Of a stretch of 64,000 nt of DNA, positions 8,286 through 16,893 are shown in pieces. The stretch is from positions 1,704 through 65,703 of the IMG/VR virus record IMGVR_UViG_3300031987_000007; one strand, written 5' to 3'. This DNA comes from a virus. Both the position numbers and the translations under genes were made by a program. Each line of letters begins with the position of its first letter. The first letter of the stretch is position 1. The notes under the pieces are model-generated. The model was not told the DNA's origin. It saw only the letters and a list, made by a program, of their open reading frames with translations, and did no database searches.

Positions 8286-9536
8286 TTATACAAGATCACC
8301 GCATAAATAAACGGTGTGCCTGGCCCGACTGATACCGACATACAACATCCTGGCAATTTGATTGCCGTTGTTGCACTTCTTGATATCGTCCAGGTCAATA
8401 AATACTTTGTCGTAAGTTGAGCCTTGGCTTTTGTTGATGGTGCAAGCATAGGCAGCGCGTAGATCAATCCATTTATCCACTTTCTGGAGAATGGCGTAAT
8501 CCTCTTCCTTGGTGGCCCGTTTGATCAGTGCCTTCTTGTCATCCAGGGAATCTGGCATGAATGCCTGAAAGACATGATCCAACGTGAACTGCCGGCCGGG
8601 TACGTCGTAGCGATCCTCTTTGGGACCAATGCCGGTGATGTGAACCAGTTGATCCGTTTTGATGCTGGCTCTCTTTCCGGCGACGAAATGATTACACACT
8701 GCGTAATCGCCTTCCTGAAAACCGGGCGAGCCTTTCACAATGTCACGGATGCCATGGTTGTAGGTGATCACGCACTTGTTGGTCCAGGCCAATACCTTGG
8801 ATCGGCTGTAGGTCCAGGTCGGGTCGTCAAATTCCTTGACGATGGCCTGTTCAAACTCCGGGCGGGGCAGGACTTGAATGTGGTGCCCATCGGGAATGAA
8901 CGTCTGCCATTCACCGGTGTTGACCGTGTGGCGGAAGGACGTGGCCAGATCAATGATCGGGTTACCCTCTGCCTGTCGAACCACCTTGGTCAAGCGGGCG
9001 GTGTCAAAACCGGACTGGAACGCCGGCGCTGAGTTGGAACCGACTGTCAGGAGCTGAGCCGGGTCACCAATCAGGACGATCTTGCAGTCCTCTACCGAGT
9101 CCTTGGCAAGCTGTAGCAACTGACGGTCCATGTAGCTGGCTTCGTCAATGAACAGGATGGTGTCTGTGATGGTTTCAACATTGGGCTTACGGACCAGCTT
9201 GGTCTTGCCGGTACTGAAGTTCTTATGCACCCGCAGGCCCAGGGCACTGTGAATGGTGCGAACGTCATGGCCAGTGATCTGGGAGAAAGCCTCTGCCGCC
9301 TTATTGGTGGTGGCGGTCAGTTGTACGTCCCAACGTTTGGTGCGGGACGGGTCGATGAGCTTGAGGGTCTTCAGCAGCTTGGGCAGGCGGTCCAACAAGG
9401 TATGAACCAGGGTGGATTTGCCGGTACCGCTGTAGCCTTCGATAACAAAGAAGGTCTGGTTGGGGTCGTTGATGAATCTGCAGAAGGCCTCATAAGCGTC
9501 TTGTTGACCTTCTGTAAGGGTAAGTTCGGCGCTCAT
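8286..9536 (-). CDS. SF1B Dda/RecD-like DNA helicase
   Basis: GYSGTGKS Walker A, FIDEAS, GDPAQL, RQAEG, AYACTINKSQGST, YVGISRA. Confidence 0.95.
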   Translation of the reverse strand: MSAELTLTEGQQDAYEAFCRFINDPNQTFFVIEGYSGTGKSTLVHTLLDRLPKLLKTLKLIDPSRTKRWDVQLTATTNKAAEAFSQITGHDVRTIHSALGLRVHKNFSTGKTKLVRKPNVETITDTILFIDEASYMDRQLLQLAKDSVEDCKIVLIGDPAQLLTVGSNSAPAFQSGFDTARLTKVVRQAEGNPIIDLATSFRHTVNTGEWQTFIPDGHHIQVLPRPEFEQAIVKEFDDPTWTYSRSKVLAWTNKCVITYNHGIRDIVKGSPGFQEGDYAVCNHFVAGKRASIKTDQLVHITGIGPKEDRYDVPGRQFTLDHVFQAFMPDSLDDKKALIKRATKEEDYAILQKVDKWIDLRAAYACTINKSQGSTYDKVFIDLDDIKKCNNGNQIARMLYVGISRARHTVYLCGDLV

Positions 9537-9602
9537 AAGGCGTTCCTTTATTTACTGGATTTGAGAATGTGTTTGCCGGTTTTGGGGTCTTTCACCCAAA
9601 CG

Positions 9603-9625
9603 TGTCCAAACACCCGGAGGGTGTC
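9603..9625 (-). promoter_or_regulatory. GGA-triloop hairpin element upstream of helicase
   Basis: TGTCCAA-ACACCC-GGA-GGGTGT, 6-bp stem, no strong U-tract in transcript orientation. Confidence 0.45.
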
Positions 9626-9649
9626 TGCGTTGTGTTGTTGGTTCATGGG

Positions 9650-10753
9650 TCAGTCCGGGTCGAAGTGAATGACTTTCCCGTAAGGGGCGGTAAAGCTGGC
9701 GTTGCCATTGATAATCCAGATGACAGGCACACCGGGGTCTGGGGCGTTGTTATTGAACTCACCATCGGTGAAAACCAACAGTAGGTTGGGCTTGTTTTCC
9801 ATAGCCCAGTCCATGACGGGTTCAATGTTGGTGCCCCCGTACCGGTGGAAGTGCATGTCCTTGAGATCGGCAGCACTGGTCACCGGGTCCACACTGCGAA
9901 TGTGCGAGGTGAACTGAACCAGGGTCAGGGTGTCTGGTTTGTATTTACTCAACAGGCCGTAGCCTTCAGAGACAAACCGGTGATACTCGGTTTCTGTCAC
10001 AGAGCTGGACGCATCAATGGCCATGGCAATGTCCACCAGAGATTCGGTGTACATGCTGGGCAGGTAATGCTTCGGAAAGAATCGACGGTTGGGGCGTCGA
10101 AAGGTGTAGTCGGTTTTAATGGCCTTGGTCATATACCGCTGAAGAATGCGGTGCCAAGGGAGTTTGGGGTTTAACAATCCATTGACGTACACCTGGATTT
10201 CGCCGGGGATACTGCCGGCATCATCTTCGGCCATTTGCGATTGCAACGTGGCGCGTACCAGGATGTCGTCGATCTGGCCTTGGGTCTGTTCCAGTTCATC
10301 AGCATCGTCAGGCGCCCTGAGATCGTCCATGGGGAGATCTTCTTTGGGCTCGTCCGGTAGCAGGTCGTAGACCTCTTCGCTGTTCATGCCGGCGTACTGG
10401 ACGTCATAGAGCCAGTCGGGGGTCATCTTGAACCCACGCTGAACCAGTATGTAATTGATGACGTAGTCGGCGGCGATGTTCCACTTGCGAGGGTCACGAC
10501 CGTTGAGTCGGGTCATGTGGAGTAGAGCCACATGGAGGGTTTCATGGAGAAGAAGGAATACCCGCTGGTCCGCGTCCTGTTGCATGAAGTAGTCAGGGTT
10601 GTAGCGGATCTCCAGCCCATTGGTACAGGCCGTGGGTATGCGTTCATCCCAGATATGCTTCATGGAGAAACAGACCGTGGTGAAGAACGCAGAATCCTTC
10701 GACGCCATGAGAGCGATCTTGGCCGTTTCAAGGGCCTTCTCATGGGCTGACAT
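9650..10753 (-). CDS. Metallopeptidase-like/vWA domain protein (DUF2201; N4 gp25-like)
   Basis: HETLH (HExxH), IDASSS MIDAS, GGT, VFTDG. Confidence 0.88.
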   Translation of the reverse strand: MSAHEKALETAKIALMASKDSAFFTTVCFSMKHIWDERIPTACTNGLEIRYNPDYFMQQDADQRVFLLLHETLHVALLHMTRLNGRDPRKWNIAADYVINYILVQRGFKMTPDWLYDVQYAGMNSEEVYDLLPDEPKEDLPMDDLRAPDDADELEQTQGQIDDILVRATLQSQMAEDDAGSIPGEIQVYVNGLLNPKLPWHRILQRYMTKAIKTDYTFRRPNRRFFPKHYLPSMYTESLVDIAMAIDASSSVTETEYHRFVSEGYGLLSKYKPDTLTLVQFTSHIRSVDPVTSAADLKDMHFHRYGGTNIEPVMDWAMENKPNLLLVFTDGEFNNNAPDPGVPVIWIINGNASFTAPYGKVIHFDPD

Positions 10754-10762
10754 GGTATTTCC

Positions 10763-11827
10763 TTAGAAGAGTGTGTGTCCGTTCAGGGCCACCCAGCGGT
10801 CCACAGACGTTGACTGCAGCAACTTGGGGGTCCGTTTGATGATTTCTCGCATAGCGATGATCTGGAACTCCCGGGGAATACGCTCCACGTACTGCATGAT
10901 CGGGTCGATGTTCTTGCCGTTGGCGTGGTGTCCCAGGGCGCCGGTTAGCATCCAGGAAATGGAAGGCTCATCGGGAACCGGGACTGTGGCTGGGCTTTTG
11001 CAGATTTGCTCAATGCTGGGCAGACGATCCGCGACCTGACAGTACCCGTAGAACTCCCTGGCTACGCCTTCGGAGACGGTGCCGGACAGCAGGATCTTAT
11101 CCAGTGGCTCAAGCATGGCCTTGGGTTTGATCAGGTGACTGGCAAACTCCCAGGTGCGTGGGCACGCAAAGGTCTTGTCGTCATGGTCCGGGTTGAACTT
11201 GAACAGCAGATCCGGTTTCCAGTTGATGTAACTGGTGATCCGGTGATCAATGCCTTCCTCTCGGGCCCATTCCAGCCAGGCCTTTACGTCCACCAACATT
11301 TCCATGTGAATCAGTCGTGATTGGATGGCGGTGGTGAGTTCCTCAACCATGGCGTTGTCAGACACCAGGTTGCCGGCAGCAACTTTGGCCACATTGGGGT
11401 GGAGCTTGAACTGGCCCACTTTGTGATCCAGCAGGATCTTGTAGCAGGCTTTTAGCACAGACTCCGGTGCCAGTGGCAGTTCATCGAAGAACAGGAGCCA
11501 TCCCGCAAATTTGTGCGTGTAGGGTTTACCGTCACCGTCATAGCGGGTTTCTGTTGGAAGTGGGTCACCTTCCGTTGGGTAGGTATCCATCGGCACGTAT
11601 CCGGCTTTTTTCCGGACACTGTCTATGTCGGGATACCCTTTGAGATCGGTGGGGTCACAATCGGCCAGACGCTCATCAATCAGTTTGAGGTTGTAGGCCT
11701 TAGCTATTTGATGGACGACAGCGGATTTACCGCAGCCTGGGCTACCTTCCAGGTACGGAACTAGCTTGGCTTTGAGGCACTGCTCAATCATCTCCCGGGC
11801 GTCTGGGAGCTTCACTTGGATGCCCAT
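10763..11827 (-). CDS. MoxR-like AAA ATPase (N4 gp24-like)
   Basis: GSPGCGKS, LFFDE, AAGN, SRLIH, CPRTWE; paired with vWA gene. Confidence 0.9.
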   Translation of the reverse strand: MGIQVKLPDAREMIEQCLKAKLVPYLEGSPGCGKSAVVHQIAKAYNLKLIDERLADCDPTDLKGYPDIDSVRKKAGYVPMDTYPTEGDPLPTETRYDGDGKPYTHKFAGWLLFFDELPLAPESVLKACYKILLDHKVGQFKLHPNVAKVAAGNLVSDNAMVEELTTAIQSRLIHMEMLVDVKAWLEWAREEGIDHRITSYINWKPDLLFKFNPDHDDKTFACPRTWEFASHLIKPKAMLEPLDKILLSGTVSEGVAREFYGYCQVADRLPSIEQICKSPATVPVPDEPSISWMLTGALGHHANGKNIDPIMQYVERIPREFQIIAMREIIKRTPKLLQSTSVDRWVALNGHTLF

Positions 11828-11849
11828 ATTGAGTGTCCTTTTGGTGTCG

Positions 11850-11879
11850 GATTCACAGAGTGCCCGGAGGGCACCTGTG
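11850..11879 (-). promoter_or_regulatory. GGA-triloop hairpin element upstream of AAA/vWA pair
   Basis: GATTCAC-AGA-GTGCCC-GGA-GGGCAC; intergenic; no U-tract. Confidence 0.5.
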
Positions 11880-11893
11880 TCCGGTAAGGCAGG

Positions 11894-12394
11894 TTATTCG
11901 CTGAGGCGGTCGATCTGCTTCTGAATATCCTCGGGAGACATATTCATCATCTCCTGATCCTTTTTATGGTGCAGGATCTCAGTCAGACGCTGACGCTCGG
12001 CGGCATTAGCAGCACGCTTCTGTGCGGCATTGGTTTGTTCAATGCGGGCATTGATGATGTGCTTCACAACGTCCAGTTTCAGCTCCAGGGCAGACTTAGC
12101 CGGGTTGGTGGTGGGTGCCTCGGCTTCCTTCAAGGTCCGGACGTAGCCCTTGTCGACCTTCAGCCGGGTCTTGCTGTCCAGCTCAGAGACACCCTGATCA
12201 AACGGTGTGGTGGCGTTAGCCCGGCCTTCGTTTTTGGCATAGGCCTGGTACTGTTTGCGCACTGGCTTACCGTCCAGCTTCTTGGCGTACTGGATTACAA
12301 CCAGTCCGTTGCCTTCAACCCACCCTTCCCAATAACCAATGGCATTGCCATGGTTTTGGTACAGGATGCGGTAACATTGTTTGGCTTCGCTCAT
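11894..12394 (-). CDS. Chimeric protein: ligase N-terminal domain copy plus coiled-coil tail
   Basis: 71/90 aa identical to N-terminus of 13434-14552 ligase; unrelated C-terminus ELKLDVVKHII... Confidence 0.85.
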   Translation of the reverse strand: MSEAKQCYRILYQNHGNAIGYWEGWVEGNGLVVIQYAKKLDGKPVRKQYQAYAKNEGRANATTPFDQGVSELDSKTRLKVDKGYVRTLKEAEAPTTNPAKSALELKLDVVKHIINARIEQTNAAQKRAANAAERQRLTEILHHKKDQEMMNMSPEDIQKQIDRLSE

Positions 12395-12609
12395 TGTTGC
12401 TCCTGTTCGTATTCTTGTTCTGACATCACATCGCTACAGCTGACACCAGTTACCCGGTAACCCGGTAGTGCAGAGCAGTCCGCGCCTGTAGCCAGTGAGT
12501 CAATAAAGGGATCTGTACCGTCATCGCTGACAGGGTTTCCTGTCCGCTCAAAAACAACGGTTAGATAGTCTGTGTTTGGGCGGCCGGTGTACGGATGGGT
12601 TTTACTCAT
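12391..12609 (-). CDS. Hypothetical protein
   Basis: ATGA overlaps on both sides. Confidence 0.6.
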   Translation of the reverse strand: MSKTHPYTGRPNTDYLTVVFERTGNPVSDDGTDPFIDSLATGADCSALPGYRVTGVSCSDVMSEQEYEQEQQ

Positions 12610-13424
12610 GCAACGTCCTTATTCAGTGAAAGGGTTTTCTGGAAGGTGGTTTTCTTGACTTGGGGCTTGGGCAACCCACCGTGGATGAAATACTGGTGGA
12701 GCAGTGTGTTGAGTAGCCGAACACCAATGGTGTTTTTCTCGAAGTTGTCTTCAACCACGGCCATGATTTCCAGCTCGGCCTGGTCTCGGTCTACTTCGGG
12801 GAACAGGGCTGCATAGAGATTGAGGAGTTTGGACTTGGTGAGAATGTCCCACATTTGATCCAGGGTGATCTTCTCCAGGCCATACGTGAGACCAACTCGG
12901 CCCAGGAACTCGGTTTTAATACCGAACTCCCGGAGGCGATCAATGTCCAGATCCTCTTCACCATTGAAGGCGCCAGCAAAGATGAACAGGACATTCTCAC
13001 ACTCAACGTCCAGGTACTTGCCGAAGTCGCCATAGACACTGGCAGTCCGGCTTTCGAGTACCTTGAGGAACTCATTCTGAACACCATTGGTGGTCTCATG
13101 AGCCAGATCAGAATTGGTGTTGCCGCTGATGAACAGTTTGTCGAACTCATCCACAAAGCAGATGCAGGGTTGTCCGGCTTTGCGAGTGAGCGGTACCAGG
13201 GCCTTGGAGAGACTGTTGCCGGCTGTGCCTTCTTTGGTCAGGGCAGCCGCGTTGATCTCGAACATATCAATGTCGAGTTCGTCGGCCAGGTGTTCAATGG
13301 TGTGGGTTTTACCGGAGCCAGATGGGCCGGTCAGAATAAAGTGCGGACGGATCTCTGCTTCACTGGTTCGGAAGATTTCGAAGATCCGCCGGATATGATC
13401 CATGGATTCTTTGTTCTGGTTCAT
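12606..13424 (-). CDS. ClpX/HslU-like AAA+ ATPase
   Basis: GPSGSGKT, FVDEFDKL, GVQNEFLKVLE, FIFAGAF, EFLGR. Confidence 0.88.
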   Translation of the reverse strand: MNQNKESMDHIRRIFEIFRTSEAEIRPHFILTGPSGSGKTHTIEHLADELDIDMFEINAAALTKEGTAGNSLSKALVPLTRKAGQPCICFVDEFDKLFISGNTNSDLAHETTNGVQNEFLKVLESRTASVYGDFGKYLDVECENVLFIFAGAFNGEEDLDIDRLREFGIKTEFLGRVGLTYGLEKITLDQMWDILTKSKLLNLYAALFPEVDRDQAELEIMAVVEDNFEKNTIGVRLLNTLLHQYFIHGGLPKPQVKKTTFQKTLSLNKDVA

Positions 13425-13433
13425 GAGAAGGCC

Positions 13434-14552
13434 TTAAACGGTTTCGTGGAAGCGGAGTGCGACGGGCAGTTGGGGAATCCCGTCGACTGAGTAGTAGTGG
13501 AATTTGACGGTCAGGAACTTACCGGGCGTGTTGTGCCGGTCTTCCCACAGTGCGTGCTTCTCCCGCATGTTGCCGGGTGCGGTCACGGTGAAGGTCGGAC
13601 CATCAGGACGGTACTGGCAGGTGTACACCGGAACCCGGAACGTCCCGTTATCCGTGATGTACGGTTTGCCTTCTTCGACACTGAGGATCATGAATTCCTC
13701 GTCCTGAAACTCCTTGAGCTTGAGCAAGGTCCTGGATCGCTTACCGTCCCGGTAGGGCTCGTCACCGAATCGGATCATGGTGCCTTCGTAGCCTTGGGCC
13801 CGGAAATTCTCATGGTGTGCGATGGCTTCGTCTTCAGAGGTCACCAGAATTGTTTTCACCGGAACAATATTCGGGTGCATGTGGAAGTAGGTCGGGTCTA
13901 TACGCATGACCATACCCTCGACCCGTTTCAGGAAAGGTTTTTCACTGATGTGGTCGTAAACGTGGTACTCCAGATCCAGAGTCTCGGGCCGGTGTTTCTT
14001 GATCAGTTTGGAGATTTCCTGGAGGGTTTTTCCGTGAAGGTACAGTTCACCATCCAGGTGAAGCTCTTTAAGGTTCGTGGATTCAATGGCCTCAACGATG
14101 TGAGGCAGATCCAGTACCTTACCTTGGCGGGAGTACAGTACACCGTTCTTATAAAGAGCCCGGTGACCGTCCAGCTTGGGCTGTACGCACGCTGAGTACC
14201 AGTCAATGTCCTTGGGCTTTACCTTCTCCAGTGGCGTGGCCAGCATCGGCTTCAGCAGTCCCAGAGAATTGGTGCTGGGTGCTTTGGCTTCTTCGATGGT
14301 CCGGACGTAGCCTTTGTCGATTTTCAGACGGGCTTTGCTTTCCAGTTCCAAGACACCCTGTTCATAGGGTGTGGTGGCGTTGGCCTTACCTTCGTTCTTG
14401 GCATACGCCTGGTACTGTTTCTCGACGGGCTTGCCATCGAGTTTCTTGGCGTACCGGATAAACACGGTGCCCTTGGGTTCAACCCAACCTTCCCAGTAGC
14501 CAATGGCAGAGCCGTGGTTCTGGTACAAAATGATGTAGCTATCGTTTTCCAT
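13434..14552 (-). CDS. lig: ATP-dependent DNA ligase
   Basis: QPKLDGHR (KxDG), LDGELY, YHVYD, EGTMIR, LLKLK, LTVKF..G+P+ P; start set at MENDSY. Confidence 0.93.
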   Translation of the reverse strand: MENDSYIILYQNHGSAIGYWEGWVEPKGTVFIRYAKKLDGKPVEKQYQAYAKNEGKANATTPYEQGVLELESKARLKIDKGYVRTIEEAKAPSTNSLGLLKPMLATPLEKVKPKDIDWYSACVQPKLDGHRALYKNGVLYSRQGKVLDLPHIVEAIESTNLKELHLDGELYLHGKTLQEISKLIKKHRPETLDLEYHVYDHISEKPFLKRVEGMVMRIDPTYFHMHPNIVPVKTILVTSEDEAIAHHENFRAQGYEGTMIRFGDEPYRDGKRSRTLLKLKEFQDEEFMILSVEEGKPYITDNGTFRVPVYTCQYRPDGPTFTVTAPGNMREKHALWEDRHNTPGKFLTVKFHYYSVDGIPQLPVALRFHETV

Positions 14553-14560
14553 GTGTATCC

Positions 14561-14713
14561 TTATTCGTCTTCTTGGGTTTGTGTGATTGGGGCTACCCAC
14601 CAGTCCATATTGCCGAGTTGATCGTCAGCCCATGTCGTAGCGGTGTCTGTATCTACAAAGGGGCCATAGAACCCAATACCGTCCATCGGGTTGCCGACAA
14701 TGATGATCCACAT
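14561..14713 (-). CDS. Small hypothetical protein (50 aa)
   Basis: MWIIIVGNPMDGIGFYGPF...; tightly packed with neighbours. Confidence 0.55.
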   Translation of the reverse strand: MWIIIVGNPMDGIGFYGPFVDTDTATTWADDQLGNMDWWVAPITQTQEDE

Positions 14714-14714
14714 A

Positions 14715-14933
14715 TCAGGCCTCCATGGACGCGACACGCGCTGCCATTTCAATACCTTCCGGGGTAATAGGCCCCATGTAGAAACCCAGCATGGAACCGG
14801 TTGGGTACAAGGTGACGAAGTGCCCTCGTGGGTCGAACCCTCGGTCCTGCATACGGTTGACCCATTGCTGAGGCAGGGCAGTGTCGAAGGTTTTGTTGGG
14901 GTAACAGGCTTTGGCCAGGTCATCGACGGTCAT
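14715..14933 (-). CDS. Hypothetical protein
   Basis: Tightly packed minus-strand ORF. Confidence 0.55.
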   Translation of the reverse strand: MTVDDLAKACYPNKTFDTALPQQWVNRMQDRGFDPRGHFVTLYPTGSMLGFYMGPITPEGIEMAARVASMEA

Positions 14934-14935
14934 AG

Positions 14936-15175
14936 TTAATCTCCGAGGTCATCCCAGTAAAGGATGCTGACGTTGCCATCGGCAATGCCCAGTAAATGGA
15001 TGGTTTCAATGTCGTCCCGGCCCCAGTCAGCCGCACATTGTTCTTTGGCAGCTTCTTCGATAACTCCGGTAAGACAGTTACCGTTTTTATCGGTAGTGAC
15101 CTCAACGGTGCTGATCCAGATGGTTCCGGTACCACACTCGTCCTGACAAAAGACGGTGCATGTTTTCTTAGGCAT
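14936..15175 (-). CDS. Acidic hypothetical protein
   Basis: Tightly packed ORF with RBS (GGAAG). Confidence 0.6.
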   Translation of the reverse strand: MPKKTCTVFCQDECGTGTIWISTVEVTTDKNGNCLTGVIEEAAKEQCAADWGRDDIETIHLLGIADGNVSILYWDDLGD

Positions 15176-15176
15176 A

Positions 15177-15341
15177 TCAGGCTTCCTTGTTCATCAGGTA
15201 CAGCAGGGTGTTGTGATACATCGCCAGTGCCGCGGTGAGATCGTTGGGGGTTTCGATGGGGAGTTGGGACTTGAGGTGTTCCTCAGCGTCTTCGAGACTG
15301 TCTCTGTGAGGAAACAGAGATTTACTGGATGGTTCAGCCAT
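15177..15341 (-). CDS. Conserved N4-like small protein (54 aa)
   Basis: LFPHRDSLE...LPIETPNDL..A+..YHNTLL motif. Confidence 0.6.
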   Translation of the reverse strand: MAEPSSKSLFPHRDSLEDAEEHLKSQLPIETPNDLTAALAMYHNTLLYLMNKEA

Positions 15342-15846
15342 TGGCGGCCTCGCGTTGTTTGTTCTGTTCTGCCGCGGTCCGGTCCTGCATCTTGATGCGA
15401 ACCAGTCCAATGACGTAGGTGAGTTTGGCCAGCTCGTCTTCTGGTAGCCGGGTGAGGTACAGCTCCACGTTACGGCGAGAGAGTGTCGGCTTATCCATGA
15501 GCTGCTTCAGAGTGGTCGGTGTATGGCCTTTCTCACGCAGCATCCGAACCATGGCATCATCGTCATTGAACTGACGTAGCTGCCGGGTTGACGGTGGGAT
15601 CTGGGTTTTGAGGTCCATCTTTTGCTGACTGCCACGATGGAACAGGCTGTTTTCCTGGGCTGGCTTGGGCGCCGGTGGACGTTCGTTGTAATGGATGACG
15701 CCGAAGTTCAGTAGGACACGCTGAATGGTGCGGCGAGATACGTGAAAGTCTTCTGCCAGGTCGGTTTGACTGACTTTCTCTTGCGTGGTGAGCCGGACTA
15801 TTTCGAGCTGATCGAAGTGGCTCAGGCATTTTACGGTCATGGTCAT
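15334..15846 (-). CDS. HTH domain protein
   Basis: SQTDLAEDFHVSRRTIQRVL helix-turn-helix. Confidence 0.75.
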   Translation of the reverse strand: MTMTVKCLSHFDQLEIVRLTTQEKVSQTDLAEDFHVSRRTIQRVLLNFGVIHYNERPPAPKPAQENSLFHRGSQQKMDLKTQIPPSTRQLRQFNDDDAMVRMLREKGHTPTTLKQLMDKPTLSRRNVELYLTRLPEDELAKLTYVIGLVRIKMQDRTAAEQNKQREAANG

Positions 15847-15861
15847 ACCCTCGGATTTGTT

Positions 15862-16500
15862 TTATAGTGAAATGGATAACAAACCTTGTTGTACTCTGGG
15901 GTCTGTTTCCATTCTTGCTAATTCTTTGATGTGACTTAATTTAGCGTTATTGTATGCAGTAGCCGCTTCATGCGGTGTTTTGAAGTAACCTATTAAGACT
16001 TTCTTACCAAACATCCTGCATTTTGCGACGTAATAGATGTTCTCTTTTATAACGACCCTAGATACCCCTACCGGGTAGTCACCTCTTTTATTATTTCGAG
16101 AGGTTAGTAAGTTATTAAGCTCTTTGGAAATGAATAGACACGTATTAGGGCCGTAGTGTTTTTGTCCTTTCCCAAGTATGTCTTTATCCAGAGCTTTACC
16201 TTCCCAATTTTGTTTGATCATCCACTCCCTAAAGTTGCTAAAAAGTAGCCATGAACTTTCTACAGTAGATCCCAAATAGGTAGGTCTATGAGTCAATGAT
16301 TGCTCACTAAAACAACGTGTTAGAAGAGCAACCCAGGTTCTGTAATACGGGCATTGGTACCGCTTACCGTCCTGGGATACATAATAAACATTGTATGGAG
16401 CATCATTTACTCCTACACCGTGGATTAATTTCCTACGGTTGACTGAAAAACTGGTTACAGGTGTCTCTATAAACATGGCGAACATACCTCTGGTTATCAT
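15862..16500 (-). CDS. Free-standing HNH-type homing endonuclease with AP2-like C-terminus
   Basis: GVGVND, YRTW..LL.RC, W..FSNF..W, LDKDIL, Y.P.TC.FI...LN, YP.GV; visibly AT-rich. Confidence 0.8.
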   Translation of the reverse strand: MITRGMFAMFIETPVTSFSVNRRKLIHGVGVNDAPYNVYYVSQDGKRYQCPYYRTWVALLTRCFSEQSLTHRPTYLGSTVESSWLLFSNFREWMIKQNWEGKALDKDILGKGQKHYGPNTCLFISKELNNLLTSRNNKRGDYPVGVSRVVIKENIYYVAKCRMFGKKVLIGYFKTPHEAATAYNNAKLSHIKELARMETDPRVQQGLLSISL

Positions 16501-16625
16501 ATAGGCGCTGTATCGCCAGAAAAGTCGAATTTTGGGAAGTTAGAATATCGGTAAGAACTTTGGGAGAAGTCGGGGAGAAGTCTTAACTAACTGTCTTTTT
16601 CTGTCTGTGTTGTAGAGGAATGCAG

Positions 16626-16657
16626 AAAAAATAAGACCAACCCCAAAGGGCTGGTCT
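16626..16657 (-). terminator. Rho-independent terminator
   Basis: Minus strand AGACCAGCCC-TTTG-GGGTTGGTCT followed by T-tract. Confidence 0.7.
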
Positions 16658-16698
16658 CTGTTTCAAACTCGCAAGAGTGGCCGGAGGCCACCTGTTAT

Positions 16699-16887
16699 TT
16701 ACTGTTCTGTAGGTCGATACTCCCACAGGGTTATTGCCATACTGTAGCTGTATCCGGTAGGCCCCATTGCACCGCAATGCTGACACACTACAGAGAACTC
16801 TCCGTTCTCTGCATCTTGTTCCATGGTTACGAAATCATGCTTACAGAATGGGCAGATTGCGTTTGTAAACCGTATAGGTTCCATCAT
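16699..16887 (-). CDS. Lar-like (restriction alleviation) zinc ribbon protein
   Basis: CPFC...VVCQHCGAMGP...AI.LW. Confidence 0.65.
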   Translation of the reverse strand: MMEPIRFTNAICPFCKHDFVTMEQDAENGEFSVVCQHCGAMGPTGYSYSMAITLWEYRPTEQ

Positions 16888-16893
16888 TAATCC

